Positions 34,001 to 45,289 of a DNA stretch of 64,000 nucleotides are shown one piece after another. The stretch comes from Owenia fusiformis. Taxonomy: Eukaryota. The notes under the pieces were generated by a model. That model ran no database searches. It was not told the DNA's origin and saw only the letters and a list, made by a program, of their open reading frames with translations. A program made the position numbers and the translations under genes. The DNA is taken from the NCBI GenBank assembly GCA_903813345.2, contig CAIIXF020000001.1, positions 40,238,001-40,302,000 of the forward strand. Reading direction: 5' to 3'. How positions within the stretch are numbered: position 1 is the first letter of the stretch; each line of letters begins with the position of its first letter.

Positions 34001-37000
34001 AGTATCCAACATTCATTGTAAGCATACCTATGACAAGAAAGGAATCGAGGAATACATCAAACATAAAAAGAACAGAGCCAAGTAGGTTACAGTGCCACCT
34101 ATTGGCCAAATAAAATGCAACCAATGAATAAAATGTTCAAAACTTTCATTTACTTTTTTGGCATTACTTGATATCCAATACTACTTGAAATAAATCGAGT
34201 TGGTTCAATCATTATTAAAAAAAAGTAATTGGTTGCATTTTTTGGCTCACCTTGTAAAGTTTTGTATTGTTTTTTGGTGCTTGTTTTGAATGTTTCTGCA
34301 TCAAATAATTCTGATAATAACTCAAAATTTGATGCACTTCATTTTTTATCTGTTTTACATTTTTAATGACAAATTTTGTTTTGATACAAAAACTGGAATA
34401 TTATGGCATCAGGGGAATTACTATATCCTACTTTGAAAGCTAGTTCTTAAAAGTTAACAGTATGTCACCATAACCTATTATCAATCTGAACAAATACCTC
34501 TTTGTTGTGGTGTTCAGGGCTCAGTTCAAGAACTGCTGGTATTTATTATGTCACCACCAAAAAGTGGTGATTGTGACAGTAGCATAGATGCTAATTACAT
34601 ATTAATAGATGACTGAGTAAAAGCAAGTGAACTCTCAATATTGGCAACCAGTGTTATCCTAGTTGGAACGAAAAGAAATCACACTAATCTGAATGTAAAA
34701 ATATGTAATGATATAAAAATAAATTTTCAGAAAACATTTAGTTCCTTGAAATCATTCTTGACGAAAACCTGAGAAATTAAAAGTGTAGAATCTAATGAAA
34801 CAAATACTTCTTGGGTTATTGATTCTCTTATCTCTGTATTATTTTAAACACTTACATTAAACTGACAGTTTAAAAACTATTTACATAAAAATATTTTCAC
34901 ATATTAGATAGTCCATAATGATAAAGGAAGCATATTTTGTTCTTTGGAATTTAATCCTCCAGCGAGTTGTTATTTTCTAACTAAAGTATTTCTAGCTAAA
35001 GTTTCATCACCAAGTGGCTAATTCATAGATTCAGATTCAGATTCTGAAAAAAATTATGGATTGTCAATTTAATGGTCATTGTAATTGTACAAAGGAAAGT
35101 TTGGTTATGGTTTGGTTTAATATAAGTATCTAATTAATGAAATAAAAGGTATACTTTTTTTATCTATTTTGAGGAGTATTTATTTTAATTTTTATGTCAC
35201 TACCATAAAGTGGTGACATATTGTTATGGTCTCTGTGATCGGCGGGTGGCGTCTGTAACAAATTCTTACAACTTCCAATAACATATCAAATACTGTTTAT
35301 ACTGACTTCAGTTTTTTTTCAAAATCATTTACAAGTTTTCAAAAATTCAAATCTGACTTTTATTTAAGATTTGACCTTCAGTGATATTTTCAAGGTCAAA
35401 AAAGGTATTTTTCAACAGATATGACTCTAGATTTAAGATTTGACCTTCTTTTTCAAGATTAAAAAAGGTCCAAAAGGTATTTTTTCAACTTGCTTCAAAT
35501 TGACTTTAGATTTGAGATTTGACCTTCATTGACCCTCTCAATGTCATAAAAAGGTCAAAAAGGTCTGTTTTCAACTTCAAATTGACCAAATTTTTTTTCA
35601 ATCAAATTGACCAATTTTTTTTTCAAAATCATCTACAAGTTATCAGAAGTTTAAATCTGAAAAAGGTCTTTTTTCAACTTGCTTCAAATTGACAATTTTT
35701 TTTCAAAATCATCTACAAGTTATCAGAAGTTCAAATCTGACTTTATAATTGAAATTTGACCTTCATTGACCTTCTCAAGTTCAAAAAGGTCTTTTTTCAA
35801 CTTGCTTGAAATTGATCAATTTTTTCAAAATCATCTAGAAGTTTTCAAAAGTTCAAATCTGACTATAGATTTGACCTCCAATGATATTCTCAAGTTCCAA
35901 AAAAGTTTTCAGATATATTTTACTTTAAATGACCTTCTCAAGGTAAAAAATCTAACTTTAGCTCAAATCTAACTTTAGCTATCCTTTTTTCAAAATCGTC
36001 TACAAGTTCTCAGAAATTCAAATCTGACTTTAGACTTGACCTTTGGTGACCTTCTCCAGGTCAAAAAAAGGTCAAAAATGTTTTTTTTTGAACTTGCTTC
36101 AGATTGATTTTTATCCCATCGAACAAAGTTCGGAGGGATATAGGGAACGCCTCCGTCCGTCCGTCCGTCCGTCCGTCCAGGCAATAACTCAAATACCGTT
36201 GGCCCGATTTTGTTCATATTTCGTACACATATACCCTTTGGGGGTAGAAGTTCTGCCCGAAAGCCGATTTTCAAAATGGCCACTCATTTCAAAATGGTGG
36301 CCATTTTAGTGACGATTTTACAGTAATTTAGGTGCAATATGTAAAACTGTAATAGCAATATGTTTTAAATGTAAAAAAAATTATAAAGGACATTAATAAT
36401 GCTACAAATGTAGATATTAAAAAGCACATGGCAGCCATCTTGAAAAATGGCGGCCTTTACTCGTCATTTTACGATTTTTGCTGTAACTCTAAAAATAGTG
36501 GAGCGATTTTATTCATATTTGGTGTGTGAATACTATAAGCATTGCACACTGTCTAAAGACACTTTTGGTAGAAAGCGGCCATTTTGAAAAATGGCCGCCA
36601 TTTTAACCTATTTTACTATAACTCGAAAAGTAGTGGAGCGATTTTGTTCATATTTGGTATGTGAATACTATAAGCATGGCACACTGTCCTATGACACTTT
36701 TGGTAGAAGGCGGCCATTTTGAAAACAATTTTGAAAAATGGCCGCCATTTAAATGTATTTTACTATAACTCGAAAAGTAGTGGAGTGATTTTGTTCATAT
36801 TTGGTATGTGAATACTATAAGCATGGCACACTGTCCTATGACACTTTTGGTAGAAGGCGGCCATTTTGAAAACAATTTTGAAAAATGGCCGCCATTTTAA
36901 CGTATTTTACTAATACTCGAAAAGTAGTGGAGCGATTTTGTTCATATTTGGTATGTGAACACTATCGAACACCGTCTATTTCTAATGACGCTTTTGGTAG

Positions 37001-38099
37001 AAGGTGGCCATTTTGAAAAATGGCCGCCATTTTAACGTATTTTACTATAACTCGAAAAGTAGTGGAGCGATTTTGTTCATATTTGATATGTGAATACTTT
37101 AAGCATGGCACATTGTCTAATAAAACTTTGGGGAGTAGTCAGCCATTTTGAAAAATGGCCACCATCTTTACGTGTGTTATTTTACAAGTATGTGTGCGAT
37201 TTTTCAAAAAATTTTAGAGGTGGCTACTTAAAAGCATATTATTTCTTCTGATGACAACTTGGCTAGTGAGCAACCATTTTGAAAATGGTGGCCTTTCTGG
37301 TGTGTTGTTTTATGATATTTGCGCTTCGTTTGTAAAAATGCCAGCCATTTCTGTTCGATGGGATTCGCTACGCTTTGGCGTTGCCGTTGTTCTGGTTTTT
37401 TTTTAAATCATCTACAAAGTTTTCAGAAAATCAAATCTGACTTTAGATTTGACCTTCAATGACAATCTCAAGGTAAAAAAGGTAAAAAAGTTATTTTTTG
37501 AACTTGCTTAAAATTGACCAAATTTCTTTTTAAAAATCATCTACAATTTCTCAGAAGTTTAAATCGGACTTTAGATTTCAGATTTGACTTTCATATTGTA
37601 CAATTGAGATGTAAGTTTACATATGATCAATCAATTAAATCAATTTTGAATATTTAATGACATTAATCAAGATTATTTCTCTTTGCATATTGTCTATTCA
37701 GAGAAAAGTTTGAATTCATTTTATTATATGAAAATGGCAGTGTTCAAACAAAACCCAATGAAACACTCATACTCATAATTGAAAATTAGAAAACATATAT
37801 TCGATTTAAGCCTCATGAAGACTGATAAGTGTAAAAAGCCAATGATACAAAATTGAACAACCCACTTTTTCATGTTAAACAGTTCAAAAACATTCAGTGA
37901 ATTCCAATGGTATGTCATATGTGGCTACCTATACATAACCTGATAAATTAATTGAAATACCATGTCTGTGATTTCCAGATGCCCTGTGGCTGGTTGCGCA
38001 AATCCCAACCCTGTGAGAATAAGTGACCTTGCAGATAACACTGCATTAAGGAGATATATTGATCGTAAAAACAGGAAGGCGGGGGCAAAACACACATAG
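31042..38099 (+). CDS. NSMCE2: E3 SUMO ligase NSE2/MMS21 (SMC5/6 complex), 6 coding exons, 235 aa
   Basis: Exons 31042-31168, 32003-32118, 32477-32621, 33000-33070 (EDDDIEMTQQ), 33954-34081 (NTKCPYTLKEMVQPVSNIHCKHTYDK), 37979-38099 (CPVAGC...*). Helical N-terminus plus SP-RING; phases consistent, 708 nt. Confidence 0.9.
31343..31970. repeat. minisatellite, 17-20-bp unit
   Basis: CTGCATTGGTCACATGACT and variants, about 30 copies with higher-order repetition. Confidence 0.92.
35188..37592. mobile_element. older HINE/Helentron-like element with TTGACCTT-rich subrepeats, interrupted by a second HINE
   Basis: 5' hairpin ATGTCACTAC..GTGGTGACAT after a T run; the same TTTGACCTT/AAGGTCAA/AAATCATCTACAAG subrepeats lie on both sides of 36110-37395. 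Right end not defined. Confidence 0.55.
36110..37395 (+). mobile_element. HINE/DINE-1-like (Helentron-associated) non-autonomous element
   Basis: Sub-terminal IR ATCCCATCGAACA (36113) / TGTTCGATGGGAT (37352); (CCGT)n microsatellite; central ~120-130-bp tandem repeats; 3' hairpin ACGC-TTTG-GCGT; inserted in a T run. Confidence 0.8.
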
Positions 38100-38269
38100 T
38101 TGTTCTCTCCTACTCATACCATCATCGTATAGTGACCTTTATACTGTGAACATTTCCAAGGATTGTTGTATGTTGTGAAAAGGCAGGTGATGATGAGGGT
38201 GTGTACATGTACATTGTACAGTTATAACAAAAGGATGTTCCATATCAAAGAAACTGAATGCTATGGAGT

Positions 38270-38680
38270 TTCAGGAACAGCATATATGGTTGTTTAGGGA
38301 ACAAGGGAACAGCATATAGAAGTTTAGGGAACAGCATTTATGAGAGTTTGGAGAACAGCATATATCTGAATGTAGGGCACAGCAATATGTATGAGTTTAG
38401 GGAACAGCATATATGTGAGTTAAGGTAACAGAATACATGTGAGTTAAGGGAACATTATATATGTAAATGTAGGAAACAACATTCATATGAGTTTAGGGAA
38501 CAGCATAGTGTAGAGTATACATGTGAGTATAGGGAACAACACATTTGTATAACTATAGGGAACAGCATATATGTGAGTTTAGGTAACAGCATACATGTGA
38601 GTGTAGGACCATTCATATATGTGAGTCTAGGTAACAGCAAAAATGTGACTTGAGGGAGCAGCATTTTTGTGAATGTAGAG
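38270..38680. repeat. degenerate minisatellite, ~24-bp unit
   Basis: GGGAACAGCATATATGTGAGTTTA and variants. Confidence 0.85.
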
Positions 38681-38853
38681 AAATCTGGACAATGAGAGCA
38701 GCATATTTAAATTGGTGGATAGCTGCTGTTGTATCTTAGAAATGCTAATCTATTTGTTAAGTTAGTTTAAGTCAAAGAGCTGCAGTTCATTCATGTAAAT
38801 GTCTTTTGTCTGAGTGATACATAGTGTGTCATATAAGAAAAAGAAAGAACCGT

Positions 38854-39417
38854 GAGTTGTTTGTAGAATGAATCGGGGGAGTTTTTTCATGCATTCCGCT
38901 TGTGTTTTTCATCTAAAAAAATTCAATACAATTTAAAACTTTTTTTTTTACTATAAGATTGCACCATATAATCCAAAAAAATATTTCTCATTAATGGTAA
39001 ATGGTACCCATTCCTTAATCCCTAGAATTTTCTCTGAAGAATTTCCCATAGTAAACCAATTGTATAGTTCCAAGCAGATTTTGAGGAAAGTTAATCATTA
39101 ATACACAACTTATTGGGTTGTTTTGGTTTATATCACAACACAATTTAAGAAATTATTGGCATTCACGGAACATATTTAAAACAGCATTTATATTATTCAA
39201 AAGCATTCGTAATCAATGATTCCCAGCTCTCTGAAGTTTCAAAAATAAAAAATACCTGGGTGTTAATCCATAGATAATCCTTGAAAATGAGTAATATTGT
39301 TTGGGATTATATGGTGCAATCTTATAGTGTACAGTGTATAGTGTTTTGATGTTTTTTAGATCAAAAACACAAGCGAAATGCATGAAAAACTCCCCCAATT
39401 CATTCTACAAACAACTC
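38854..39417. mobile_element. MITE with ~125-bp imperfect TIRs (GAG...CTC termini)
   Basis: GAGTTGTTTGTAGAATGAAT... / ...ATTCATTCTACAAACAACTC; no clear TSD. Confidence 0.75.
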
Positions 39418-39864
39418 GTGGCCTTTTGAGATACTAGGGGAATATAAGCTTTTTGCGATTCAGTTTGTATAAACATGATTGGCAGCAATAAATCAGACTA
39501 TATTTGTTTTAGCAAAAGGCATTGTTTGTTCTGATTTTATGGGAAAGGTAACTGGAATAAAGAGCTTTACAGGATCAATTCCAAATTATTAAAGATGCAT
39601 TACGCCATAGGTTTCTCCCCCAGACATACTCACATACTATGGATATATCTTGAGAATAACTTTTGGGTATATTATTGACAAATATCGGAAATAATCAACA
39701 AAACAACCAAACTCCAGAATTAAACACAATGGATTCCTCGGCTAGCGAGGGGAATCCCCATTGAGTCACACAAGCGCGCACAGGCGCCTTGAACCAGGCA
39801 GCCAATCAGGTTTATGATAAACAAATTCAACGACCAATCAGATAACAGGAGGACCTTCCCGGTA

Positions 39865-40482
39865 CAAGGAGGATTGGCTCCCAGAATCGAAGTCGATATT
39901 TTCCAACAATGAAAACGCCGAAATGTCGTTATTTTCTGAAATTATAACCGATTATAAATTCAAAATAAACAGTTCAAAATATTCGAACCAATATCTCGAT
40001 CATTTCTTGTGAGTTTTGGAATTTTTCGTTGGGAAATAAGACCAAAATTCACGATTCAAACAAGGAGGATTGGCTCCCAGAGTGCACCACCGATATTCTG
40101 TCCCATATATGGGTATGTCGTAATACAAAATTCGAATTCAAACAGCCGCCATTTTGTTCACTTCAACATTTAAATCGTGAATTTTGGTCTTATTTCCAAA
40201 CGAAAAATTCCAAAACTCACAAGAAATGATCGAGATATTGGTTCGAATCTTTTGAACTGTTTATTTTGAATTTATAGTCGGTTTTAATTTCAGAAAATAA
40301 CGACATTTCGACGTTTTCATTGTTGGAAAATATCGAGTTTCGATCCTGGGAGCCAATCCTCCTTGCGATTCAAATGTTGAAGTGAACAAAATGGCGGTCG
40401 TTGGAATTCAAATTTTGTAGCACGACATACCCATATATGGGGCAGAATATCGATGTTGCACTCTGGGAGCCAATCCTCCTTG
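39865..40482. mobile_element. ~305-bp MITE, outer copy, 9-bp TSD TTCCCGGTA, split by an inverted copy of itself
   Basis: TIR CAAGGAGGATTGGCTCCCAG; TSD at 39856-39864 and 40483-40491. Confidence 0.85.
40061..40365. mobile_element. 305-bp MITE, inner copy, 9-bp TSD CGATTCAAA
   Basis: Same TIR; TSD at 40052-40060 and 40366-40374; body is the reverse complement of the outer copy. Confidence 0.88.
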
Positions 40483-41747
40483 TTCCCGGTATATTCAAAC
40501 TTCAGATTGAATTAATTTCTTCGAAAATAATTAGATCGGCCAGCACAATCGCAAAATTAATACTGAAAGAGGGGGATATGGGACTTCTTCTTTGGAAAGT
40601 AGATGGATATATATGTGGTGAAACTCAATATGCAAAAAAGTCCAGAGGGGTCTTGATTGTGCTTTCCTATGGCATAGATCCTCTTTAAGGAATACAAGGA
40701 ATCTGGTTGATCCAGATCAGGTGGCATTCTTTCACGATAAAACCCCTTGAAAGAAATGTCACAACAATTTGTCGAAGTCATGTTGTTAAAATTATTAAAA
40801 CAGTAAAACTATTGGTAGATGAGGAAACAATATAAAATGTTCACGGTCTATTAAATAAAACTACACCAACATGCTCTTCCGAAAATACTCCGCGTCTCCA
40901 CATCTTGTGATCTGAACTTGATATTACTATGAACTGCAGACGGGATAAAGACAAAATGGACGAATTGTTTATATTTGAACAATCTTGCATAAAAATGGGT
41001 CTCTCAAAAACAATATCCTCACAACGTTCTTTCAAAGTATTGCTGAACGATCCAAACTACATCGAATATGCCCCAACCTAAAAATGATATTGGAAAATAA
41101 CTTCATGTATCACAACCTCCTGTTAGTTTCTGAATAGTTTGAAAACAAAAAGATTTGATGAGTGTCAAAATCGGATGATAAGATCATTTACATTTTACAA
41201 TGTCTATCCAATCCCCTGGCTGGTCAACCATGCATCTTGATCCATCAAGTCATTTCATGACTGTAGGAGTACATATTTGTTAATGAAAGGGTCTGAATAA
41301 GACACTGCGTTTAAAATATTTCTTTATTGCTCAGTAGTTTTGTCATACTTAATAATTTATTTATTTCTACGTATAGTAAGGGATGGTGTCCGTTTATTGA
41401 CAGTCGTAGAAAAATTAAGTGAATTCCGTTATCGTTTGACTCTCCACTCATCTAACAAAATTAAAGAACATATTTTCAATGAAACTTGCAATGGTCTAGC
41501 TGACAAAGCATCAATTTCATTTGTTATTACCTTGACAACCATCGACAAACATTCAATCTTGCGGTGATCGGTTATACACTTGTAAAATCGAATGCAGTTA
41601 CGTGAAATAGCGTGTTCTGATTGGCTGGTAAACAATTTGGAATTCATATTTTTCTTGGTTTAGCTGACTCTAGTTAGTTTCATACTGCTGTCGACCAATA
41701 ATTTAGTATACAATGTTTTTCCAATTTTGAATTATTTATTAGAAGAC

Positions 41748-43229
41748 CTACTCAGAAGATATCGCAGAGATCCGTGCGGGGAAGTCCTTTGGTTTTAATG
41801 CAAGTCCAAATCTAGGTGTTATGTCATATGTGTGTCCCTCAATTTGATGAAATTTAATTTTCTGAACTAACCGTGTGAAGACTCGGAATACTTCATATCT
41901 TCCTAGAATCTCACCGGTGCACTTGCGTTTCCCCATTCCGAATGGTTTTACCATGTTAATTCGTGAACGAATGATATTTCCATTATCATCGAGAAAACGT
42001 CCCGGGTTAAATTCTTCTGGTGTTTCCCAAACATCTGGGTCGTTGTGAAGAGAATGAAGGTTCGCAAGCACAATTGTGCCTTTTGGAATTTTCTTATCGT
42101 GTACGAATGTGTCCGTCGTTGTGGAGTGAGGCAGGGCGAGAGGCACAGATGATGCGTGTCGGAACACCTCGTGTATAACTGCTTCTGTGTAGGGAAAGTC
42201 GCGCAAATGTTCACAATCCTTAATATTGCCTCCGTTCTTTCTGGTAATTTCATCGCGGACTTTGTCCTGAATTTGTGTATATTTAATCATGTATAAGATA
42301 CACCAAGACAGCGTGTAGGCTACTGCATGACTCCCGGCCCCGAGGAAATCTTGAGTGATGTGAAGAATATGCCCAGTAGTGAGGCCATCTGTCTCCCTTT
42401 CCTCGTCAGATAGCTTTTTGTAAGCTGAAATAATGGCATCTAACGCGCCACATGTCTTTTGTGTTGCGTCAGGGTTTACTTTATGTTCTTCCATACGACC
42501 ATATTCAAGTTTGGCACAAACGTTCATCATATAATCACAGTCTTCAGTGTATTTATTAAATTTATTTTTTAGCAATTTTTTAGTCCATGGCATGAAATCA
42601 ATTGGGTTTCCTTCTATTTGAAACTCTGTTAAATCGTGATTGGCCTGTAGCAGACGTTTAACGGGGGCATCTGTTCCAATGTCACCATAACAAAGTTTGA
42701 AAGTGATTTGTGAAATGGATTCGTAGATATGTGACATTGGGTCCACTTCGGACTTACCATTCTTAATTAAATCTTGAACAAGTTTGTCCGTTTCTGTAGA
42801 AATAGTATCGTCCATTCTGTACTGTTTGTCTGTCATTATCGCCTGAACTGCAGCGATCGCAACTTTGTGCTGAACTTCCCAAACTTTTGAATATTCCCCA
42901 AACGCCATACTCATTCCGTCACTCAGGTATCCTAGTGATTCAAACATTGGCCTACTCGCAAAATCCTTACCATTTCCAAGTAACGCTTCTTTCATTGCGC
43001 GATACCCGTTCACTATGATAACTGGTTTTGTTCCGATAAAGACTTGATACACCTGACCGTACGTTGCTGCCATCCGCGTGAAAGCAAGATGTGGCCGTGA
43101 TCCTATCTGAAAGATACTGCCGAAAATCGGTAACTGCAACGGTCCCTGTGTTACCGATCTCGTCATTCTGATAAATAATAAAACTACTAGAGATGTCAAA
43201 GCAAAAGTTAATAAAACACTGTTTATCAT
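41748..43229 (-). CDS. cytochrome P450, CYP1-like (clan 2), intronless, 493 aa
   Basis: N-terminal membrane anchor, GPLQLPIFG, DFASRP, ExxR (EVFR), LALPHSTT, FNPGRF, heme motif PFGMGKRKCTG. Confidence 0.93.
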   Translation of the reverse strand: MINSVLLTFALTSLVVLLFIRMTRSVTQGPLQLPIFGSIFQIGSRPHLAFTRMAATYGQVYQVFIGTKPVIIVNGYRAMKEALLGNGKDFASRPMFESLGYLSDGMSMAFGEYSKVWEVQHKVAIAAVQAIMTDKQYRMDDTISTETDKLVQDLIKNGKSEVDPMSHIYESISQITFKLCYGDIGTDAPVKRLLQANHDLTEFQIEGNPIDFMPWTKKLLKNKFNKYTEDCDYMMNVCAKLEYGRMEEHKVNPDATQKTCGALDAIISAYKKLSDEERETDGLTTGHILHITQDFLGAGSHAVAYTLSWCILYMIKYTQIQDKVRDEITRKNGGNIKDCEHLRDFPYTEAVIHEVFRHASSVPLALPHSTTTDTFVHDKKIPKGTIVLANLHSLHNDPDVWETPEEFNPGRFLDDNGNIIRSRINMVKPFGMGKRKCTGEILGRYEVFRVFTRLVQKIKFHQIEGHTYDITPRFGLALKPKDFPARISAISSE

Positions 43230-44370
43230 TTCGCTCTTTTAAAAGTTATTTACTATAGCTGACTTCTTCTATTTCTTTTTTATGTTTTATATGATAGTTT
43301 AAGGTAAATTAAAAACTAGAAATCTTTTTTACATTTTCTTAGAAAATACATTTTTGTATATGTTGCTCAGTTTTATACCAATTGTAAACATTTTGCGGTT
43401 ATGAAGTTACTTAACATGAAGTTACTTAACTTTCACGTGATCTCATTAAAAGCATGACGTTTAAATTATGAATGAAAGTTTCTTAACCTTTTTTATTCAG
43501 CCGTTTGTATACAAACATATTGATTTGTGATGAAAGGAAGACCTTTAAAAACGAGAGGAGGAAGGAGACAGAACGAGACAGCAGTATTGTCCACCCACGC
43601 AGATTATAAAACATCATTTAAAACTCTCATTGCGTCCTACGCCAAATGTCAATTATTCCTTGAAATTTAACATGCGGCACTTACCTTTTGTGTTAAACGT
43701 TGTTTTAATCGAGACAACGAGATGATTAGAAAGAACAGTTACCTTATCAATTGACTTGCGTCGAGTGGTATGGCTAACACCCCATGGGGCTGGAAGTGGT
43801 CTCCCCCCAACTGAGCTACCTGCGTCTCTTTGTTGCCCCCGCCTCGGAAAGCTTGTTCAACATTCAGGGTTGCCTAGTAGTGCCTGGTAAGTAATGTAAA
43901 AACAACACGAATAACTTACAGGATAAATGCATCAGCATATGACGATTGTAAGTCCCTTTGTTCTGGAATTGACCACGCACTTTTGTTGGTAATTATTTGA
44001 TAAATTGCCTTCTTTCAATGAAACACTGGCCATGATGATACGTTATAAATGTGCTCAGTGGAATCAACAGGGCGTTAATTTATTAGACTTTTTGAAGGCC
44101 AAAAATTCGCGAAAAGTATAGAGAAAAATACTAGAGTTGCACTGATGGGGCACGTTTTATATCGTTTTTTATTGAAATATTTTAGAATCCGATGTACAGC
44201 TTAATAAAATACTTATAATATATAGGCTGGTATAAACGCCCGTTCAGAACTCATCAGAGTCACTATTAAAAGAGATTCACTTACCAATTTCAAAAGAATG
44301 CAACAGCCGTACCCATTAGCCGACATTTTCTTTCAAAATGACTCGTTCAAGTGTCAAATTCGATATTTCT

Positions 44371-44550
44371 ATCCCATCGAACCAAGTTCGGGGGGAAATT
44401 TAGAGAACGGCTCCGTCCGTACGACTGTCCGAGCATTAACTCAAATATCGTTGACTCCATATCGTTTATATTGTATATACCCCATGTGTAAGTACAAGTT
44501 CTGCTCGAAAGCCTATTTCTAATTATCTTTAAAAAAGATGGCGGACATCT
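44371..44550 (+). mobile_element. truncated 5' fragment of the HINE family seen at 36110
   Basis: ATCCCATCGAACCAAGTTCGG...CTCCGTCCGT...TAACTCAAATA aligns with 36113-36300. Confidence 0.65.
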
Positions 44551-44959
44551 ACCACTTATAAAATATCACGGGATCTGATATAATTATCATCTACTACTAT
44601 AATCTCAGATATGACTTACAAAAGTCCTGGTACTATTCTTATTTGATTTTTTCACCGTTTCTCATCCGTTACCGTTTCCATATTTTCATTGGCTATAATT
44701 AGTTTAAACATAACACTAGATTTCTAAAATTAACACCACGTATAAATACATATTTATGTGACATTTGAGGCTAAAACGAAAATGATGTTTTCATACAAAC
44801 GCGTACCGATGACATTATCAGATTATCCCAAGGGTGATAATCTTAACAGGAAATTAGGTAAGCTTTTGTTTTGATAAACCTTTTTATCCTACACTTAGTC
44901 TACTAAATGTATAATAACATTAAAAAAATAAATTTGATATTTATTGGCAAAATGAATAT

Positions 44960-45056
44960 CCGGAGGATATCGTAACGATATACTCCGGGCGGAGGATATC
45001 GTGACGATATACTCCGGAAAACCCAATATGCGGAGGATATTGTGACGATATACTCC
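44960..45056. repeat. three copies of GGAGGATATCGTGACGATATACTCCG
   Basis: Copies near 44962, 44992 and 45032; each is an imperfect palindrome. Confidence 0.75.
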
Positions 45057-45154
45057 GCTTGTTGATTTCCCGCCAAATTGACTCTATTTGGCATGGCATT
45101 CATTTTGCAATGATAGTATACATTTAGTACACTCCTTGTAAGTGTAGGATCATC

Positions 45155-45289
45155 ATCCTATGATTTTTTTCAGAATATCATTTTAATCTACTCGGTGATA
45201 TTGAAATATGCACTCGTTCGCTTCGCTCTCTCGTGCAGATATCAATATCACCTCGTAGATAAAAATGATATTCCTCAAAATCATAGGAT
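45155..45289. mobile_element. palindromic MITE-like element (~135 bp)
   Basis: ATCCTATGATTTT...GTGATATTGA...TGCAC-[CGCTTCGC centre]-GTGCA...TCAATATCAC...AAAATCATAGGAT. Confidence 0.7.

Larger units (their letters stand above)
39593..40684. mobile_element. TTAA-flanked non-autonomous DNA transposon (Kolobok-like) hosting nested MITEs
   Basis: TTAA|AGATGCATTACGCCATAGG...CCTATGGCATAGATCCTCT|TTAA, imperfect TIR. Confidence 0.6.

Noticed and set aside
43756..43830. tRNA gene on the minus strand (GGTAGCTCAGTTGG)
   Set aside because: A-box-like motif only; no B box or cloverleaf.
43430..43980. AhR response elements upstream of the CYP1-like gene
   Set aside because: Only two CACGC cores (43596, 43974), neither matching TNGCGTG; expected by chance.
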